Shown here one piece after another: positions 38,669-49,074 of a DNA stretch of 64,000 nt. The stretch is from an uncultured Chloroflexia bacterium (GTDB lineage Bacteria > Chloroflexota > Limnocylindria > QHBO01): NCBI GenBank assembly GCA_963825525.1, contig CAWGTN010000002.1, positions 640,001 to 704,000 of the forward strand, given 5' to 3'. Position 1 is the stretch's first letter. Each line of letters begins with the position of its first letter. The translations under genes and the position numbers were made by a program. The notes under the pieces were generated by a model, which was given only the letters and a program-made list of their open reading frames with translations, had not been told where the DNA came from and searched no databases.

Positions 38669-40249
38669 GTGAAGCTCGAGCTGCGGGGAATCACCAAGCG
38701 CTTTCCCGGCGTTGTCGCGAACGAGGACGTCGATCTCGTCGTGCAGCCCGGGGAGATTCACGCGCTGCTCGGTGAGAACGGCGCCGGCAAGTCGACCCTC
38801 ATGAACGTGCTCTACGGCCTGTACCAGCCTGACGAGGGCGAGATCCTGATCGACGGAAAGCCAGTCAGGTTCGGCGGTCCCGCCAATGCGATCGCGGCAG
38901 GCATCGGCATGGTCCACCAGCATTTCATGCTCGTCCCGGTGTTCACGGTGACCGAGAACATCATGCTCGGGGTGGAGTCGACAAAGATGCCGTTCGGCCG
39001 GCTCGACAAGGCGGCGGCCCGGCGCAGGCTCATGGACATCTCGGACCGCCACGGGCTGAAGGTTGATCCCGACGCCGTGGTCGAGGACCTGTCGGTCGGG
39101 GTCCGGCAGCGCGTCGAGATCATCAAGACGCTCTATCGCTGGTCGGACGTTCTCATTCTCGACGAGCCCACCGCCGTCCTCACGCCCCAGGAGACCGACG
39201 AGCTCATCGAGGTCATGCGCTCGCTGATCGAGATCGGAACCTCGATCATCTTCATCACCCACAAGCTCAACGAAGTGCTCGAGATCGCCGATCGCATCAC
39301 CGTGCTGCGACGCGGCAAGGTGGCTGGCACCACCACGCCCGCGGAGACGACCGAGGAAGAGCTGGCGGCCATGATGGTCGGCCGTGACGTCCAGCTGACC
39401 GTCGATCGAGAGCCGGCGAAGCCCGGCGAGCCCGTCCTCGAGGTGCACGATCTCGTCGTCCGAGACGAACGCGGCCACCCGGCGGTCGACCACCTGGACC
39501 TCGTCGTCCACGCGGGCGAGATCCTGGCGATCGCCGGTGTGCAGGGCAATGGACAGAGCGAGCTCGTCCAGGCGCTGACCGGCATGCGCGAGCCGGACAG
39601 CGGAAGCGTCACGCTGAACGGCGAGCCGCTCGGCAAGGACCCGCGCACGGTCTACCGGGCCGGTGTCGCGCACGTGCCGGAGGATCGGATGGAGGACGGG
39701 CTGATCTCGGACTTCACGATCGCGGATAACCTCGTGCTCAACGGGTACTGGAACGAGCCGTTCTCGAATGGGCTCGCGCTGAACGGGGCGGCGATTGCCG
39801 AATCGGCCACCAAGCTGGTGGCCGAATTCGACGTCCGCACCCCGTCGATCTTCAACAGCGTCGGGAACCTGTCGGGCGGTAACCAGCAGAAGGTCATCGC
39901 CGCGCGCGAGTTCTCGCGACCGAACAAGCTCATCGTCGCAGCCCAGCCGACGCGTGGCCTCGACGTCGGTTCGATCGAGTACATCCACCGCCGCATCGTC
40001 GAGAAGCGCGATGAGGGGGCGGCCGTGCTCATCGTGTCGAGCGAGCTCGACGAGGTCCTGGCCCTCGGCGATCGGATCGCCGTCATGTACCAGGGCCGGA
40101 TCGTCGACATCCTCTCGCCGCAGGAGGCGACCATGGAGCGCCTGGGCCTGCTCATGGGCGGGGCAACGCCGAAGGATGCCGATGGCGCAGTCGCAACGCC
40201 ATCGCGGGCGGCCGAGCCCGTGGAAACAGGAGCATCCGATGACAGCTGA
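38669..40249 (+). CDS. Nucleoside/CUT2 ABC ATPase (tandem domains)
   Basis: GENGAGKST, LDEPTAVL, LSGGNQQK. Confidence 0.95.
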   Translation: MKLELRGITKRFPGVVANEDVDLVVQPGEIHALLGENGAGKSTLMNVLYGLYQPDEGEILIDGKPVRFGGPANAIAAGIGMVHQHFMLVPVFTVTENIMLGVESTKMPFGRLDKAAARRRLMDISDRHGLKVDPDAVVEDLSVGVRQRVEIIKTLYRWSDVLILDEPTAVLTPQETDELIEVMRSLIEIGTSIIFITHKLNEVLEIADRITVLRRGKVAGTTTPAETTEEELAAMMVGRDVQLTVDREPAKPGEPVLEVHDLVVRDERGHPAVDHLDLVVHAGEILAIAGVQGNGQSELVQALTGMREPDSGSVTLNGEPLGKDPRTVYRAGVAHVPEDRMEDGLISDFTIADNLVLNGYWNEPFSNGLALNGAAIAESATKLVAEFDVRTPSIFNSVGNLSGGNQQKVIAAREFSRPNKLIVAAQPTRGLDVGSIEYIHRRIVEKRDEGAAVLIVSSELDEVLALGDRIAVMYQGRIVDILSPQEATMERLGLLMGGATPKDADGAVATPSRAAEPVETGASDDS

Positions 40250-41519
40250 CACGCCGGAGGCGGCAGTGGCGCCGGAGCCACCAGAGGCACCGGAGCCACC
40301 GGATGCAGCGACCGTGACGGCGCAACGGAGCCGCTGGTCGGCACTGAGCGGAATCCTTCTGCCGGCGCTGGCACTCCTGACGGCGTTCATCGTGGGCGCG
40401 ATCATCCTGATCGCCACGGACTTCGAGCTGCTGGGCCTGTGGACGTCGGATCCGGCGAGCGCGGTGGGTGCGTCATGGAATGCCGTGACCGACACCTATG
40501 GCGCGCTCCTGCGGGGCTCGATCGGCGATCCGGGGCGACTCATCGGGGCACTCCTGGCACTCGATTGGGACGGAGTCCGGTCGGCGTTCGGACCGCTGTC
40601 GGAGACCATTGTCTCGACCACGCCCCTGATCTTCACCGGCCTGTCAGTCGCGCTCGCCTTCCGCGTGGGTCTCTTCAACATCGGCGCCGAGGGCCAGCTC
40701 TACCTCGGAGGCCTCACCGCGGTCATCGTGGGCTTCAGCCTTGTCGGGCTCCCGTGGTTCGTGCATCTGCCGCTGGCCATCCTGGCGGGCTTCGCAGGTG
40801 GGGCCCTGTGGGGTGCCATCCCCGGCATCCTCAAAGCTCGCACCGGTGCGCACGAGGTGATCGTGACGATCATGCTGAACTTCGTCGCGTACAACCTCAT
40901 CAACTGGTCCCTGCGCACCGCACTGGTCCAACGCGAGGGCCGATCCGATCCGATCTCGAAGATCGTGCAGGAGAGCGCGGTCATCCCGTCGCTCATCAAC
41001 GGCCTGCGGGCGAACTGGGGCATCGTTCTGGCCCTGGCAGCCACGCTCGCCGTCTGGTGGCTACTCTTCCGGTCCACCAAGGGCTTCGAGTTCCGGGCCG
41101 TCGGGTTCAACCCGCGCGCCGCGCGCTACGCGGGCATCAGCATCGCGTGGTCGACGGTCATGTCGATGATGATTGCGGGCGGCCTGGCCGGACTGGCTGG
41201 CACCGTGGTCATCCTGGGCGGCTCGGGCAGCCTCTCCCCGGGCTTCTCGCCCGGATACGGGTTTGACGGCATCGTGGTGGCGCTGGTGGGCGCAAATCGG
41301 CCGCTCGGGGTCGTGGCGGCCGCCTTCCTGTTCGGAGCGCTCCGTGCCGGCGCAACGCCGATGCAGGCCGCCACCGGCACGCCGATCGACATCGTGGTCG
41401 TGATCCAGGCGCTCGTGATCATGTTCATCGCCGCCCCGGCCCTGGTCCGCGCGATCTACCGCATCCGGGCCGAGCGGCAGATGAGTGCTGAAGTCTTCGC
41501 GAAGGGATGGGGATCGTGA
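40239..41519 (+). CDS. Nucleoside ABC permease
   Basis: FNIGAEGQ, HEVIVTIMLN, GFDGIVVAL. Confidence 0.93.
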   Translation: MTADTPEAAVAPEPPEAPEPPDAATVTAQRSRWSALSGILLPALALLTAFIVGAIILIATDFELLGLWTSDPASAVGASWNAVTDTYGALLRGSIGDPGRLIGALLALDWDGVRSAFGPLSETIVSTTPLIFTGLSVALAFRVGLFNIGAEGQLYLGGLTAVIVGFSLVGLPWFVHLPLAILAGFAGGALWGAIPGILKARTGAHEVIVTIMLNFVAYNLINWSLRTALVQREGRSDPISKIVQESAVIPSLINGLRANWGIVLALAATLAVWWLLFRSTKGFEFRAVGFNPRAARYAGISIAWSTVMSMMIAGGLAGLAGTVVILGGSGSLSPGFSPGYGFDGIVVALVGANRPLGVVAAAFLFGALRAGATPMQAATGTPIDIVVVIQALVIMFIAAPALVRAIYRIRAERQMSAEVFAKGWGS

Positions 41520-42784
41520 CCGCGGCGACGGCTGTGGGCACGAGCCGAGCGGACCAGCGCACGCGCACCCGCCAGCGCGTCCTGGGGATCGTGTACCTGG
41601 TTCTCGCCGTGCTCATGGTGCTCGGATTCGCGGTCGCCACCGACCTGACCTCGACGTTCACGCTGGCGGCGCCGAACGCCGCGGTCCAGGTTCCGAATCT
41701 CGTCCTGCCATCGGCGGCGACGGTCTACCTGCTGGCGGGCGTGGTGGCGTTCGCCGGTGCCATCCAGCTCACCCGCGGATTCGGCGCACGAACGGCAATG
41801 ATCCTTGGCCTCGTCGCGTTCGCATTCGTCTTCGCATTCCTGACCTGGGTGGCGGCGGGCCAGTCGATGAACCTCACCGGCGTCCTGGAGACCACGGTCC
41901 AGCGATCCGTCCCGATCGCGTTCGGTGCTCTGTCCGGCGTCCTGTGCGAGCGCGCGGGCGTGGTGAACATCGCAATCGAGGGAATGCTGCTGTCCGGGGC
42001 CTTCGTGGCGGCCGTGGTCACCAGCGCGACCGACAACCCATGGATCGGCATCATCGCCGCGGTGGCGACCGGCGGCGTGCTCGCCGCGCTGCTGGCGGTC
42101 CTCGCCATCCGCTATCGGGTGGACCAGATCATCGCCGGCTTCTTCATCAACATTCTTGTGACCGGCCTGACTGCGTTCCTGTCGGTTCGCCTTCTCCAAC
42201 CGTACCAGGCGGAGCTCAACACGCCCGAACGGCTGGGCCCGATCGCCCTGCCGATCCTGTCGGACATCCCGATCATCGGAACCGTGCTCTTCCGGCACAA
42301 CATCTTCGTCTACTCGCTCTTCGTTCTCATCGTGGTGATCCACCTGGGCCTCTTCTACACGCGATGGGGCCTGCGGGTGCGTGCCGTGGGCGAGCATCCC
42401 AAGGCGGCGGACACGGTGGGTATCAACGTCTACTGGGTGCGCTACACGAACGTGATCCTGGGTGGCATGGTGGCCGGCATGGGCGGCGCCTACTTCACCA
42501 TCGGCTCGACCGGAGGATTCGAACGCGAGATGACGGCCGGTCGCGGCTTCATCGGCCTGGCGGCCATGATCTTCGGCGGCTGGAACCCGATCGGCGCATT
42601 CCTGGCGGCACTGGTGTTCGGATTCGCCGATGCCATCCAGTCCCGTCTGTCGATCCTGAGCATTGCCATCCCATCCGAGTTCCTGCTCATGGTGCCGTAC
42701 GTCGTCACCATCATCGTGGTCGCCGGCCTGGTCGGCCGTGCGCGGGCGCCCGCGGCCGACGGGAAGCCGTACATCAAGGAATGA
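41507..42784 (+). CDS. Nucleoside ABC permease
   Basis: ERAGVVNIAIEG, GEHPKAA, GRGFIGLA, PAADGKPY. Confidence 0.93.
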   Translation: MGIVTAATAVGTSRADQRTRTRQRVLGIVYLVLAVLMVLGFAVATDLTSTFTLAAPNAAVQVPNLVLPSAATVYLLAGVVAFAGAIQLTRGFGARTAMILGLVAFAFVFAFLTWVAAGQSMNLTGVLETTVQRSVPIAFGALSGVLCERAGVVNIAIEGMLLSGAFVAAVVTSATDNPWIGIIAAVATGGVLAALLAVLAIRYRVDQIIAGFFINILVTGLTAFLSVRLLQPYQAELNTPERLGPIALPILSDIPIIGTVLFRHNIFVYSLFVLIVVIHLGLFYTRWGLRVRAVGEHPKAADTVGINVYWVRYTNVILGGMVAGMGGAYFTIGSTGGFEREMTAGRGFIGLAAMIFGGWNPIGAFLAALVFGFADAIQSRLSILSIAIPSEFLLMVPYVVTIIVVAGLVGRARAPAADGKPYIKE

Positions 42785-42785
42785 C

Positions 42786-43751
42786 GTGACCGGCCGCCGG
42801 CGCGTCGTCCTGGACTGCGATCCGGGGCACGATGACGCGATGGCCATCCTCCTGGCGGCGGCCTCGCCGGCTCTCGACCTCGTGGCGATCACCACGGTCG
42901 CCGGGAACCAGACGCTCGAGAAGACGACGCTCAACGCTCGGCGCGTCTGCAGTGTGGCGAAGATCGAGAACGTGCCGATTGCCGCCGGCTGCGACCGGCC
43001 CCTGGCGCGCGATCCGATCGGGGCGGCCGATATCCACGGCGAGTCCGGCCTGGACGGCGTGGACTGGGACGAGCCGACGGTCGCCCTCGACCCTCGGCAC
43101 GGTGTCGACCTGATCATCGAGGCGGCCCTGGCGGGGCCGGATCCGCTGACCCTCGTCGCCGTCGGCCCATTGACCAACGTCGCGACCGCGCTGGCTCGCC
43201 GACCCGAGATCGCGCGTCACATCGACCGGATCTCGATCATGGGCGGAGCGATCGGGCTGGGCAACTGGTCCCCGTCGTCCGAGTTCAACATCGTCGAGGA
43301 CCCGGAGGCCGCGGCGGCCGTCATCGGATCCGGCATTCCCATCACCCTGGTTCCACTCGAGGTCACGCACCAGGCCCTGGCCACGCCGGCCGTCCTCGAT
43401 CGGATCCGGGCGCTGGACAGCCCGGTGGCCGAGATGTCCGTGGCGCTCATGCGATTCTTCGCCGAGACCTATGAGCGGGTCTTCGGATTCGATGCCCCGG
43501 CGGTCCACGACCCGTGCGCCGTCGCGGCGGTCATCGACCCATCGATCGTGAGGACGCGGCACATCAACGTCGAGATCGACACGGTGGCGTCGTTCAGCCT
43601 CGGGCGCACGGTCTGCGACGTCCACGGCATCACCGGGCGCACCCCGAACGCGGATGTCGGGCTGGACCTGGACGTTGCTCGGTTCTGGGACCTCATGATC
43701 GAGGCCCTCGATTGCTACTCGGCGGCGCGGCCCGACGCACCGACGCCCTGA
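42786..43751 (+). CDS. Inosine/uridine-preferring nucleoside hydrolase
   Basis: DCDPGHDD, HGESGL, GPLTN, EFNI..DPEAA, HDP. Confidence 0.93.
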   Translation: MTGRRRVVLDCDPGHDDAMAILLAAASPALDLVAITTVAGNQTLEKTTLNARRVCSVAKIENVPIAAGCDRPLARDPIGAADIHGESGLDGVDWDEPTVALDPRHGVDLIIEAALAGPDPLTLVAVGPLTNVATALARRPEIARHIDRISIMGGAIGLGNWSPSSEFNIVEDPEAAAAVIGSGIPITLVPLEVTHQALATPAVLDRIRALDSPVAEMSVALMRFFAETYERVFGFDAPAVHDPCAVAAVIDPSIVRTRHINVEIDTVASFSLGRTVCDVHGITGRTPNADVGLDLDVARFWDLMIEALDCYSAARPDAPTP

Positions 43752-44482
43752 TCGGGCCCAACGTGCGGATGCTGGGACGGCGGAACGCGCAGCAGGTCGA
43801 CTGACAGGCCCTGGGCCGTCATGTCGCGCACCACCGACAGGTGGTCGTAGTCGACCGACCGGAAGCCGATCGCGATCTCCGGATCACCGATGTAGATCAC
43901 TGCGTACCGCGCGCGGGCGTCTCCCTCGGTTCCGCAGCCGACCGAGCCGCAGGCGACGAAGTGCGCCTGGCCCACGACCCGATGGAAGGCTTCATGGGTG
44001 TGGCCGAAGCAGAACAGGTCGTCCGCCTCGTCGCTCGCGATCCGGGCCAGCACGCGCGACGGGCGGTCCGACCACAGGTACTCGTTCGCGCGCAATGGTG
44101 AGCCGTGGAACAGGTGCATCGAGCGCCCGGCGACATCGATCCGCAGGGTCTTCGGGAGCTGACGCAGCCAGGAGCGGTGGTCTTCCAGCATGACGCCAGC
44201 GGTCCAGCGCATCGACGCGTCACCGGTCGCCTCGGCCTCACTGCTGTCCCACGCGGCTCCGGTCTGCTCGCGATCCATGCCCACCGCCTCGTCCCAGTTG
44301 CCCTGCACCGTCGGAATCTCGAGTCCCCGCAGCAGCTCCACGGTCTCGTTGGGGTGTGGCCCGCGACCGACGACATCGCCGGCGCAGTAGATGGCCTCGG
44401 CACCGATCTGCGCGATGTCGGCGAGCACGGCCTTGAGCGCCGGCAGGTTGGCATGGATGTCGGAGATGGCAGCGATCCGCAT
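43715..44482 (-). CDS. Metallophosphoesterase (YfcE/PrpA-like)
   Basis: SDIHAN, GDVVG, GNWD, HGSP, GHTH. Confidence 0.9.
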   Translation of the reverse strand: MRIAAISDIHANLPALKAVLADIAQIGAEAIYCAGDVVGRGPHPNETVELLRGLEIPTVQGNWDEAVGMDREQTGAAWDSSEAEATGDASMRWTAGVMLEDHRSWLRQLPKTLRIDVAGRSMHLFHGSPLRANEYLWSDRPSRVLARIASDEADDLFCFGHTHEAFHRVVGQAHFVACGSVGCGTEGDARARYAVIYIGDPEIAIGFRSVDYDHLSVVRDMTAQGLSVDLLRVPPSQHPHVGPDQGVGASGRAAE

Positions 44483-44580
44483 GTCGGGCAGTTTCGCCGC
44501 GCGGCACGCCGTCCGCAATCCCCCACCGCTAGAACTTCCGTCCGGGGGCCCACGAGCGACCGGATGGGTCGGTCAGCGCG

Positions 44581-45669
44581 TCAGATTGCGCCGCTGCCCA
44601 CCGGGATTGGCGCCGCGAGGACGCTCACCTTGCCTGCGACCGTGCGTGCGACCTCGCGCAGCGCGTTCGCCGCGGCCGAGCTTTCGCCGCCGGGATACTG
44701 GGCCGAGGTGATCGGCACCCCGGCGTCGCCGCCGGACCGAACCGCCGGCTCCAGCGGAATGCGGCCGAGAACCTCGAGATCGAGCTCGCGGGCGATCTTC
44801 TCGCCGCCGCCGGAGCCGAAGATGTCGTGCTCCTCACTGCAGTGCGGGCAGACGAAGCCGCTCATGTTCTCGATCACGCCCAGGGTCCGCACGTTCACCT
44901 TGTTGAACATCCCGATCGCCTTGCGCGCATCGAGCAGGCTGACCTCCTGCGGCGTGGTGACGATCACGGCGCCGGTCAACGGAATGAGCTGACTCAGCGA
45001 CAGGGCAGCGTCACCCGTCCCGGGCGGCAGGTCGATGACGAGGTAGTCGAGCTCTCCCCACTCGACGTCGCGCAGGAACTGGGCGATGGCACTGTGGATG
45101 AGGGGGCCGCGCCAGATGACCGGCGCATCGGCCTGGAGGAAGTACTGAATGCTCATCATCTGCACGCCATGGCTGATGACGGGGTTGGGCTTGCCGCCCG
45201 CTCCGGTCACGTGGGCGCCCTGGGTGCCCATCATCATCGGCACGTTCGGCCCGGTGATATCGGCGTCCAGCAGCCCCACCCGCGCACCGTCGCGGGCCAG
45301 GCTGACCGCCAGGTTGACGGCGACCGTGGACTTGCCGACGCCGCCCTTGCCGGACGCGACGGCGATCGTGTTCTTCACTCCCGGGATGAGATCCGCAGCC
45401 GGACCGCCGAACGAGCGCTTCACGTTGCTCGCCCAATCGACCCGGACCGTGGTGGCGCCGAGGGCCGCCAGCGCGTCCCCGATGTCGCTCTCGATCGTTG
45501 CCTTGAGGGGACAGGCGGGCGTGGTCAGTTCGACCGTGAGGTCGACCACGCTGCCGTCAATCGACACGTTCTTGACCATGCCCAGCGAGACGAGGTCACG
45601 ACCGATCTCCGGGTCCTTGACCTCGCCGAGGGCGGCGAGGATGTTCTCATCTGTCAGCTGATTGGGCAT
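44581..45669 (-). CDS. mrp: Mrp/NBP35 Fe-S cluster carrier ATPase
   Basis: DPEI..LTTPACP, SGKGGVGKS, DLPPGTGD, ENMS..CPHC. Confidence 0.95.
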   Translation of the reverse strand: MPNQLTDENILAALGEVKDPEIGRDLVSLGMVKNVSIDGSVVDLTVELTTPACPLKATIESDIGDALAALGATTVRVDWASNVKRSFGGPAADLIPGVKNTIAVASGKGGVGKSTVAVNLAVSLARDGARVGLLDADITGPNVPMMMGTQGAHVTGAGGKPNPVISHGVQMMSIQYFLQADAPVIWRGPLIHSAIAQFLRDVEWGELDYLVIDLPPGTGDAALSLSQLIPLTGAVIVTTPQEVSLLDARKAIGMFNKVNVRTLGVIENMSGFVCPHCSEEHDIFGSGGGEKIARELDLEVLGRIPLEPAVRSGGDAGVPITSAQYPGGESSAAANALREVARTVAGKVSVLAAPIPVGSGAI

Positions 45670-45766
45670 GGCTCGGCTCGGAGTTCCTCCATACGGGGCC
45701 GAAGCGGCAGTGTGAGCGTAGCAGGTGCGGTCGCACCCTTCACGCGGGCCACCCGCGCGCCCTGAA

Positions 45767-46621
45767 TCAGGTCAGCCCGTCGAACAGCGAGCGCTCCCCA
45801 TCGACCGCTGCCGGCAGCGCCGATGCGGCCAAGCGGTAGTGCTCGGTCGCCAGCCAGGCGCCGCGCGCATCCGCCCCCCAATCATGGAATGGGCCGGCCG
45901 AACCGGTCTGGGACACGTGGCGGCTGATGGCCGCCAGCTTGAGCTGCGCGAGCTCGCCGAGCTCGAGCGCGAGGGTGGGCTCGCTGGATGACCCGTATCC
46001 CTCCTGTGGCAGCCGTTCCCCAAGCGCGGAGACTACGCTGGGCGGCACCACCAGGTCGTACAGCTTTGCGGCGCGCCACGCCACCTGGTCCTCGTCGAGG
46101 TCGTCCTCGAAGGCAAGCGGCTCGGCTGCTCGATCGTAGGCGGCCCGGACGGCTCGCGACAGGACGACGTGGTCGGTGTCGCCGGTGACTCCATCCGGGC
46201 CGAAGGACAGGATCACCTCGGGTCGGTGCATCCGGATCGGCTCCACGATTCGCCCGACCAGCTGGTCGAAGTCCTGGCGGTCGAGCTCGCCCTCCGCGTA
46301 GTCGAGCATGCGCACGACCCGGACGCCCAGGAGGGCGACCGAGCGACGGAGCTCGTCCTCGCGAACGGTGTCGAGGTTGCGCCACGTCACGGCGCCCAGC
46401 TTCACATCGCGGTTCTTGCCGCCCGGAGCGGGCGACGACACGGCGACGCGGGTGTCGAACCAGCCCCTCGTGACGCACACGACCACCACGTAGGCGCCGC
46501 TCGCGGCGGCCGATGCGATGGCACCGCCGAAGCCAAATGACTCGTCGCCCGGATGGGCGACCACGACCATCAGGCTTCTCGCCGGGGCACGCTCACGAAC
46601 CGGTCGCCAGATCGATGACAC
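45767..46621 (-). CDS. PIG-L family deacetylase-like protein (degenerate motifs)
   Basis: AHPGDES, VCVTRG, R..EL, GDTDH, HVSQ. Confidence 0.8.
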   Translation of the reverse strand: MSSIWRPVRERAPARSLMVVVAHPGDESFGFGGAIASAAASGAYVVVVCVTRGWFDTRVAVSSPAPGGKNRDVKLGAVTWRNLDTVREDELRRSVALLGVRVVRMLDYAEGELDRQDFDQLVGRIVEPIRMHRPEVILSFGPDGVTGDTDHVVLSRAVRAAYDRAAEPLAFEDDLDEDQVAWRAAKLYDLVVPPSVVSALGERLPQEGYGSSSEPTLALELGELAQLKLAAISRHVSQTGSAGPFHDWGADARGAWLATEHYRLAASALPAAVDGERSLFDGLT

Positions 46622-46639
46622 GGCCGGCAGTATACGAGC

Positions 46640-47713
46640 CTAGCCGCCCACCTCGACGGGGATCGGTGCGCCCGGTCGCGCTTCGCTCGACCGCCCCGAG
46701 ACGGACGTCTCGATGGTCGGTGCACGATCCAGGAAGCTGGCCTGCATGCCGACCTCCATGACGCGCTCCACCTCGTCCATGTCCAGGATGTCCTGGCTCA
46801 TGAGCCGGTTGAGCTCGTCGCGCAGATAGGTTCGCAGCATTTCCGGCCCATCGGTGCTGATGGTGAACCTGACCTCGTGCTCGATGAGGGCGCGAACGAC
46901 GCGCTTCACCTCGGCCAAACTCTTCAGCACGCGGGTGCTGAGATTCGAGGTTGGGCAGACCTCGAGGACCGTCCCGCGCTCGCGCAGCATCGCCAGCACG
47001 CGCGGGTCCTCGGCGCTTCGCACGCCATGCCCGATGCGATCCGGCTCGAGCGCCTCGAGCGCATCACGCACCTCGTCGGCGCCTCCGGTTTCACCAGCAT
47101 GGACCGTGAGCCCCAACCCGGCCCGGCGGCACTCGGCGAAGATGTTCGCGTAGTCGGCGAAGCGGAAGCTCGCGGTGACCGGGCCGGCGATGTCGACCCC
47201 GATCACGCCGCGGCTGCGCCAGCTGATGGCCTTGGAGGCGATGATCTCGTTGAGGGCCGGCGCGAAGGACCGATCGAGACAGAAGATCAAGCCCGCCCGA
47301 ACCTGCGGGTACTCCAGGATCGCGCGGTCCATGCCTCGCACGGCCGCCGCGATGATGTGGTCGAGGTCCTGCTCACCACCGCGGTTGCGCTTCATCGGGT
47401 TGAAGCGGAGCTCCAGTCCGGTGACGTTATTCCGGCGGTAGGCGCCCCCGATGACCTCGTAGACGCTGCGTTCGACCGCGATGGGGCTCGACTGGATCAG
47501 CTCGGTCCAATGGAAGAGATCCAGGTACGCCTCGAAGCTGCGGCGGCGGCGGCCGACCGTGATGAGATCGCGGAACGCCCAGTAGTCCTTCGTCGGGAGC
47601 CGGATGCCCTGCGCGTGCGCAATGCCCCACATGATGGCCGGGGTGACCGCGGCCCCTAGGTGCACGTGCAGGTCGGTGAGCGGTGAGCGGCGGTCGAGGC
47701 GTGGACGTTGCAT
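46640..47713 (-). CDS. Adenosine deaminase family protein (second paralog)
   Basis: DLHVHLG, DIAGP, HAGE, RIGHG, CPTSN, STDGP. Confidence 0.88.
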   Translation of the reverse strand: MQRPRLDRRSPLTDLHVHLGAAVTPAIMWGIAHAQGIRLPTKDYWAFRDLITVGRRRRSFEAYLDLFHWTELIQSSPIAVERSVYEVIGGAYRRNNVTGLELRFNPMKRNRGGEQDLDHIIAAAVRGMDRAILEYPQVRAGLIFCLDRSFAPALNEIIASKAISWRSRGVIGVDIAGPVTASFRFADYANIFAECRRAGLGLTVHAGETGGADEVRDALEALEPDRIGHGVRSAEDPRVLAMLRERGTVLEVCPTSNLSTRVLKSLAEVKRVVRALIEHEVRFTISTDGPEMLRTYLRDELNRLMSQDILDMDEVERVMEVGMQASFLDRAPTIETSVSGRSSEARPGAPIPVEVGG

Positions 47714-47773
47714 CGGCAGGTTGGTTCGCTGGCGTGTTCGGCGGAGTGTAGCCGATGCTAGAATCGCCCCGCC

Positions 47774-48181
47774 ATGGACCTGATTCGCGATGTCACCGAC
47801 TGGTTAGCCACCGATTGGGGCAACCGGCTCGGCTTCTTCTTCCCACTGGCTCTCGCCGGCCTGCTCGGCCTGTACCTGTTGTGGCTGATCGTCGGATATC
47901 TCCGCGTCAGCCAGGTCGGCGTCGCGGAGCGAGCGCAGGGCGAGCCCGCGGTGGCGCTCCCGTCGGGCGGCGCGGCCGATGCCACCGATCTCCCGCGGGG
48001 CGTTCCGTACTGCGCGTTCGATCGGCTGCAGTACCCGATCGGCGCCAGATTCTGCACGCAATGCGAGCGCGACCTGTCGCTCGACTGCACGAACTGCGGC
48101 GCAACCCTCTCCGCCGGCGACGCGTCCTGCTATCGATGCGGTACGCGAACCGGTGTCGCGGACACCGCCCTCCTGAGCTGA
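47774..48181 (+). CDS. Membrane-anchored double zinc-ribbon protein
   Basis: TM then CAFD/CTQC/CTNC/CYRC. Confidence 0.75.
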   Translation: MDLIRDVTDWLATDWGNRLGFFFPLALAGLLGLYLLWLIVGYLRVSQVGVAERAQGEPAVALPSGGAADATDLPRGVPYCAFDRLQYPIGARFCTQCERDLSLDCTNCGATLSAGDASCYRCGTRTGVADTALLS

Positions 48182-48203
48182 CGACCACCGTTCGGCACGA
48201 ACG

Positions 48204-49070
48204 ATGACCGGGCTCGTGTCGATCCTCGTCATCGGTTCCCTTGCGGCCCTGCTGGCATCGGCCGCCAGTGGCTTTGGCGCCGTGCTCATCGGCATCGCCG
48301 CGAGGCCACGGATCGCCGACGGGCCGGCTGCCGGTGTCGTCGGCGATTCGTCTCTGGGTCGTGCGTCCACGGTCGCCCTGCTCACCGCGTTGACGTTGCT
48401 CGTGGCCGCGCTGGTCGTGCGATCCCTGCTGATCGGACACGCGCCGTGGTCGAACCTTCACGAGTTCAGCCTGGCGTTCGCCGCGGCCCTGGTGGGCACC
48501 CACGTCGTCCTCGGCCGGTCAGTGTCGCTCGGCGGCCTCTCGGCGGTCACCGCGCTCCTGGCGGCCGGCATCGTGATCTTTGCCCTTGGTCTGGACGATC
48601 GCGTCGACCCCCTCGTCCCCGCCCTCCAGCAGCCACTCCTGCTCACCGTTCACGTCGGCATGGCTGTGCTCGCCTACGCGGTGAGCGGCGTCGCATTCGT
48701 CGCCGCTCTCGGAGAGATCGCGCAGAACCGCGCCGCCGACCGCATTTCCGTGCTCCCGTCGGCGAGCGCCGCGCGGGCGGTCGGCCATCGGGCCGTGCTC
48801 ATCGCCTTCCCGATCCTGACGATTGCCATCGTCCTGGGCTCGGTGTGGGCCAATCTCGCGTGGCGCTCCTACTGGAGCAACGATCCAAAGGAGCTCGCCG
48901 CGGCGGCCACCTGGCTGGTGTTCGGTGCCTACCTGCACGTTGCCGGGCGTCGCGACCGATGGGAGCGCGCCGCGCCGTGGCTCATCGTGCTCGGGTTCGC
49001 CGGCGTGCTGTTCACGTACATCGGGGCAGGGCTGTTCTTCATCGGCGAGCACAGCTACGCGGCTCCCTGA
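48204..49070 (+). CDS. ccsB: Cytochrome c biogenesis CcsB/ResC-type protein
   Basis: PWSNLHE, PALQ..LTVHV, WRSYWSNDPKE, GEHSY. Confidence 0.88.
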   Translation: MTGLVSILVIGSLAALLASAASGFGAVLIGIAARPRIADGPAAGVVGDSSLGRASTVALLTALTLLVAALVVRSLLIGHAPWSNLHEFSLAFAAALVGTHVVLGRSVSLGGLSAVTALLAAGIVIFALGLDDRVDPLVPALQQPLLLTVHVGMAVLAYAVSGVAFVAALGEIAQNRAADRISVLPSASAARAVGHRAVLIAFPILTIAIVLGSVWANLAWRSYWSNDPKELAAAATWLVFGAYLHVAGRRDRWERAAPWLIVLGFAGVLFTYIGAGLFFIGEHSYAAP

Positions 49071-49074
49071 TTCG

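Noticed and set aside
40250-40305. Short tandem repeats (CCGGAGCCACC) and ESxAP repeats in BMP linker
   Set aside because: Low-complexity Pro/Glu/Ser linkers within coding sequence
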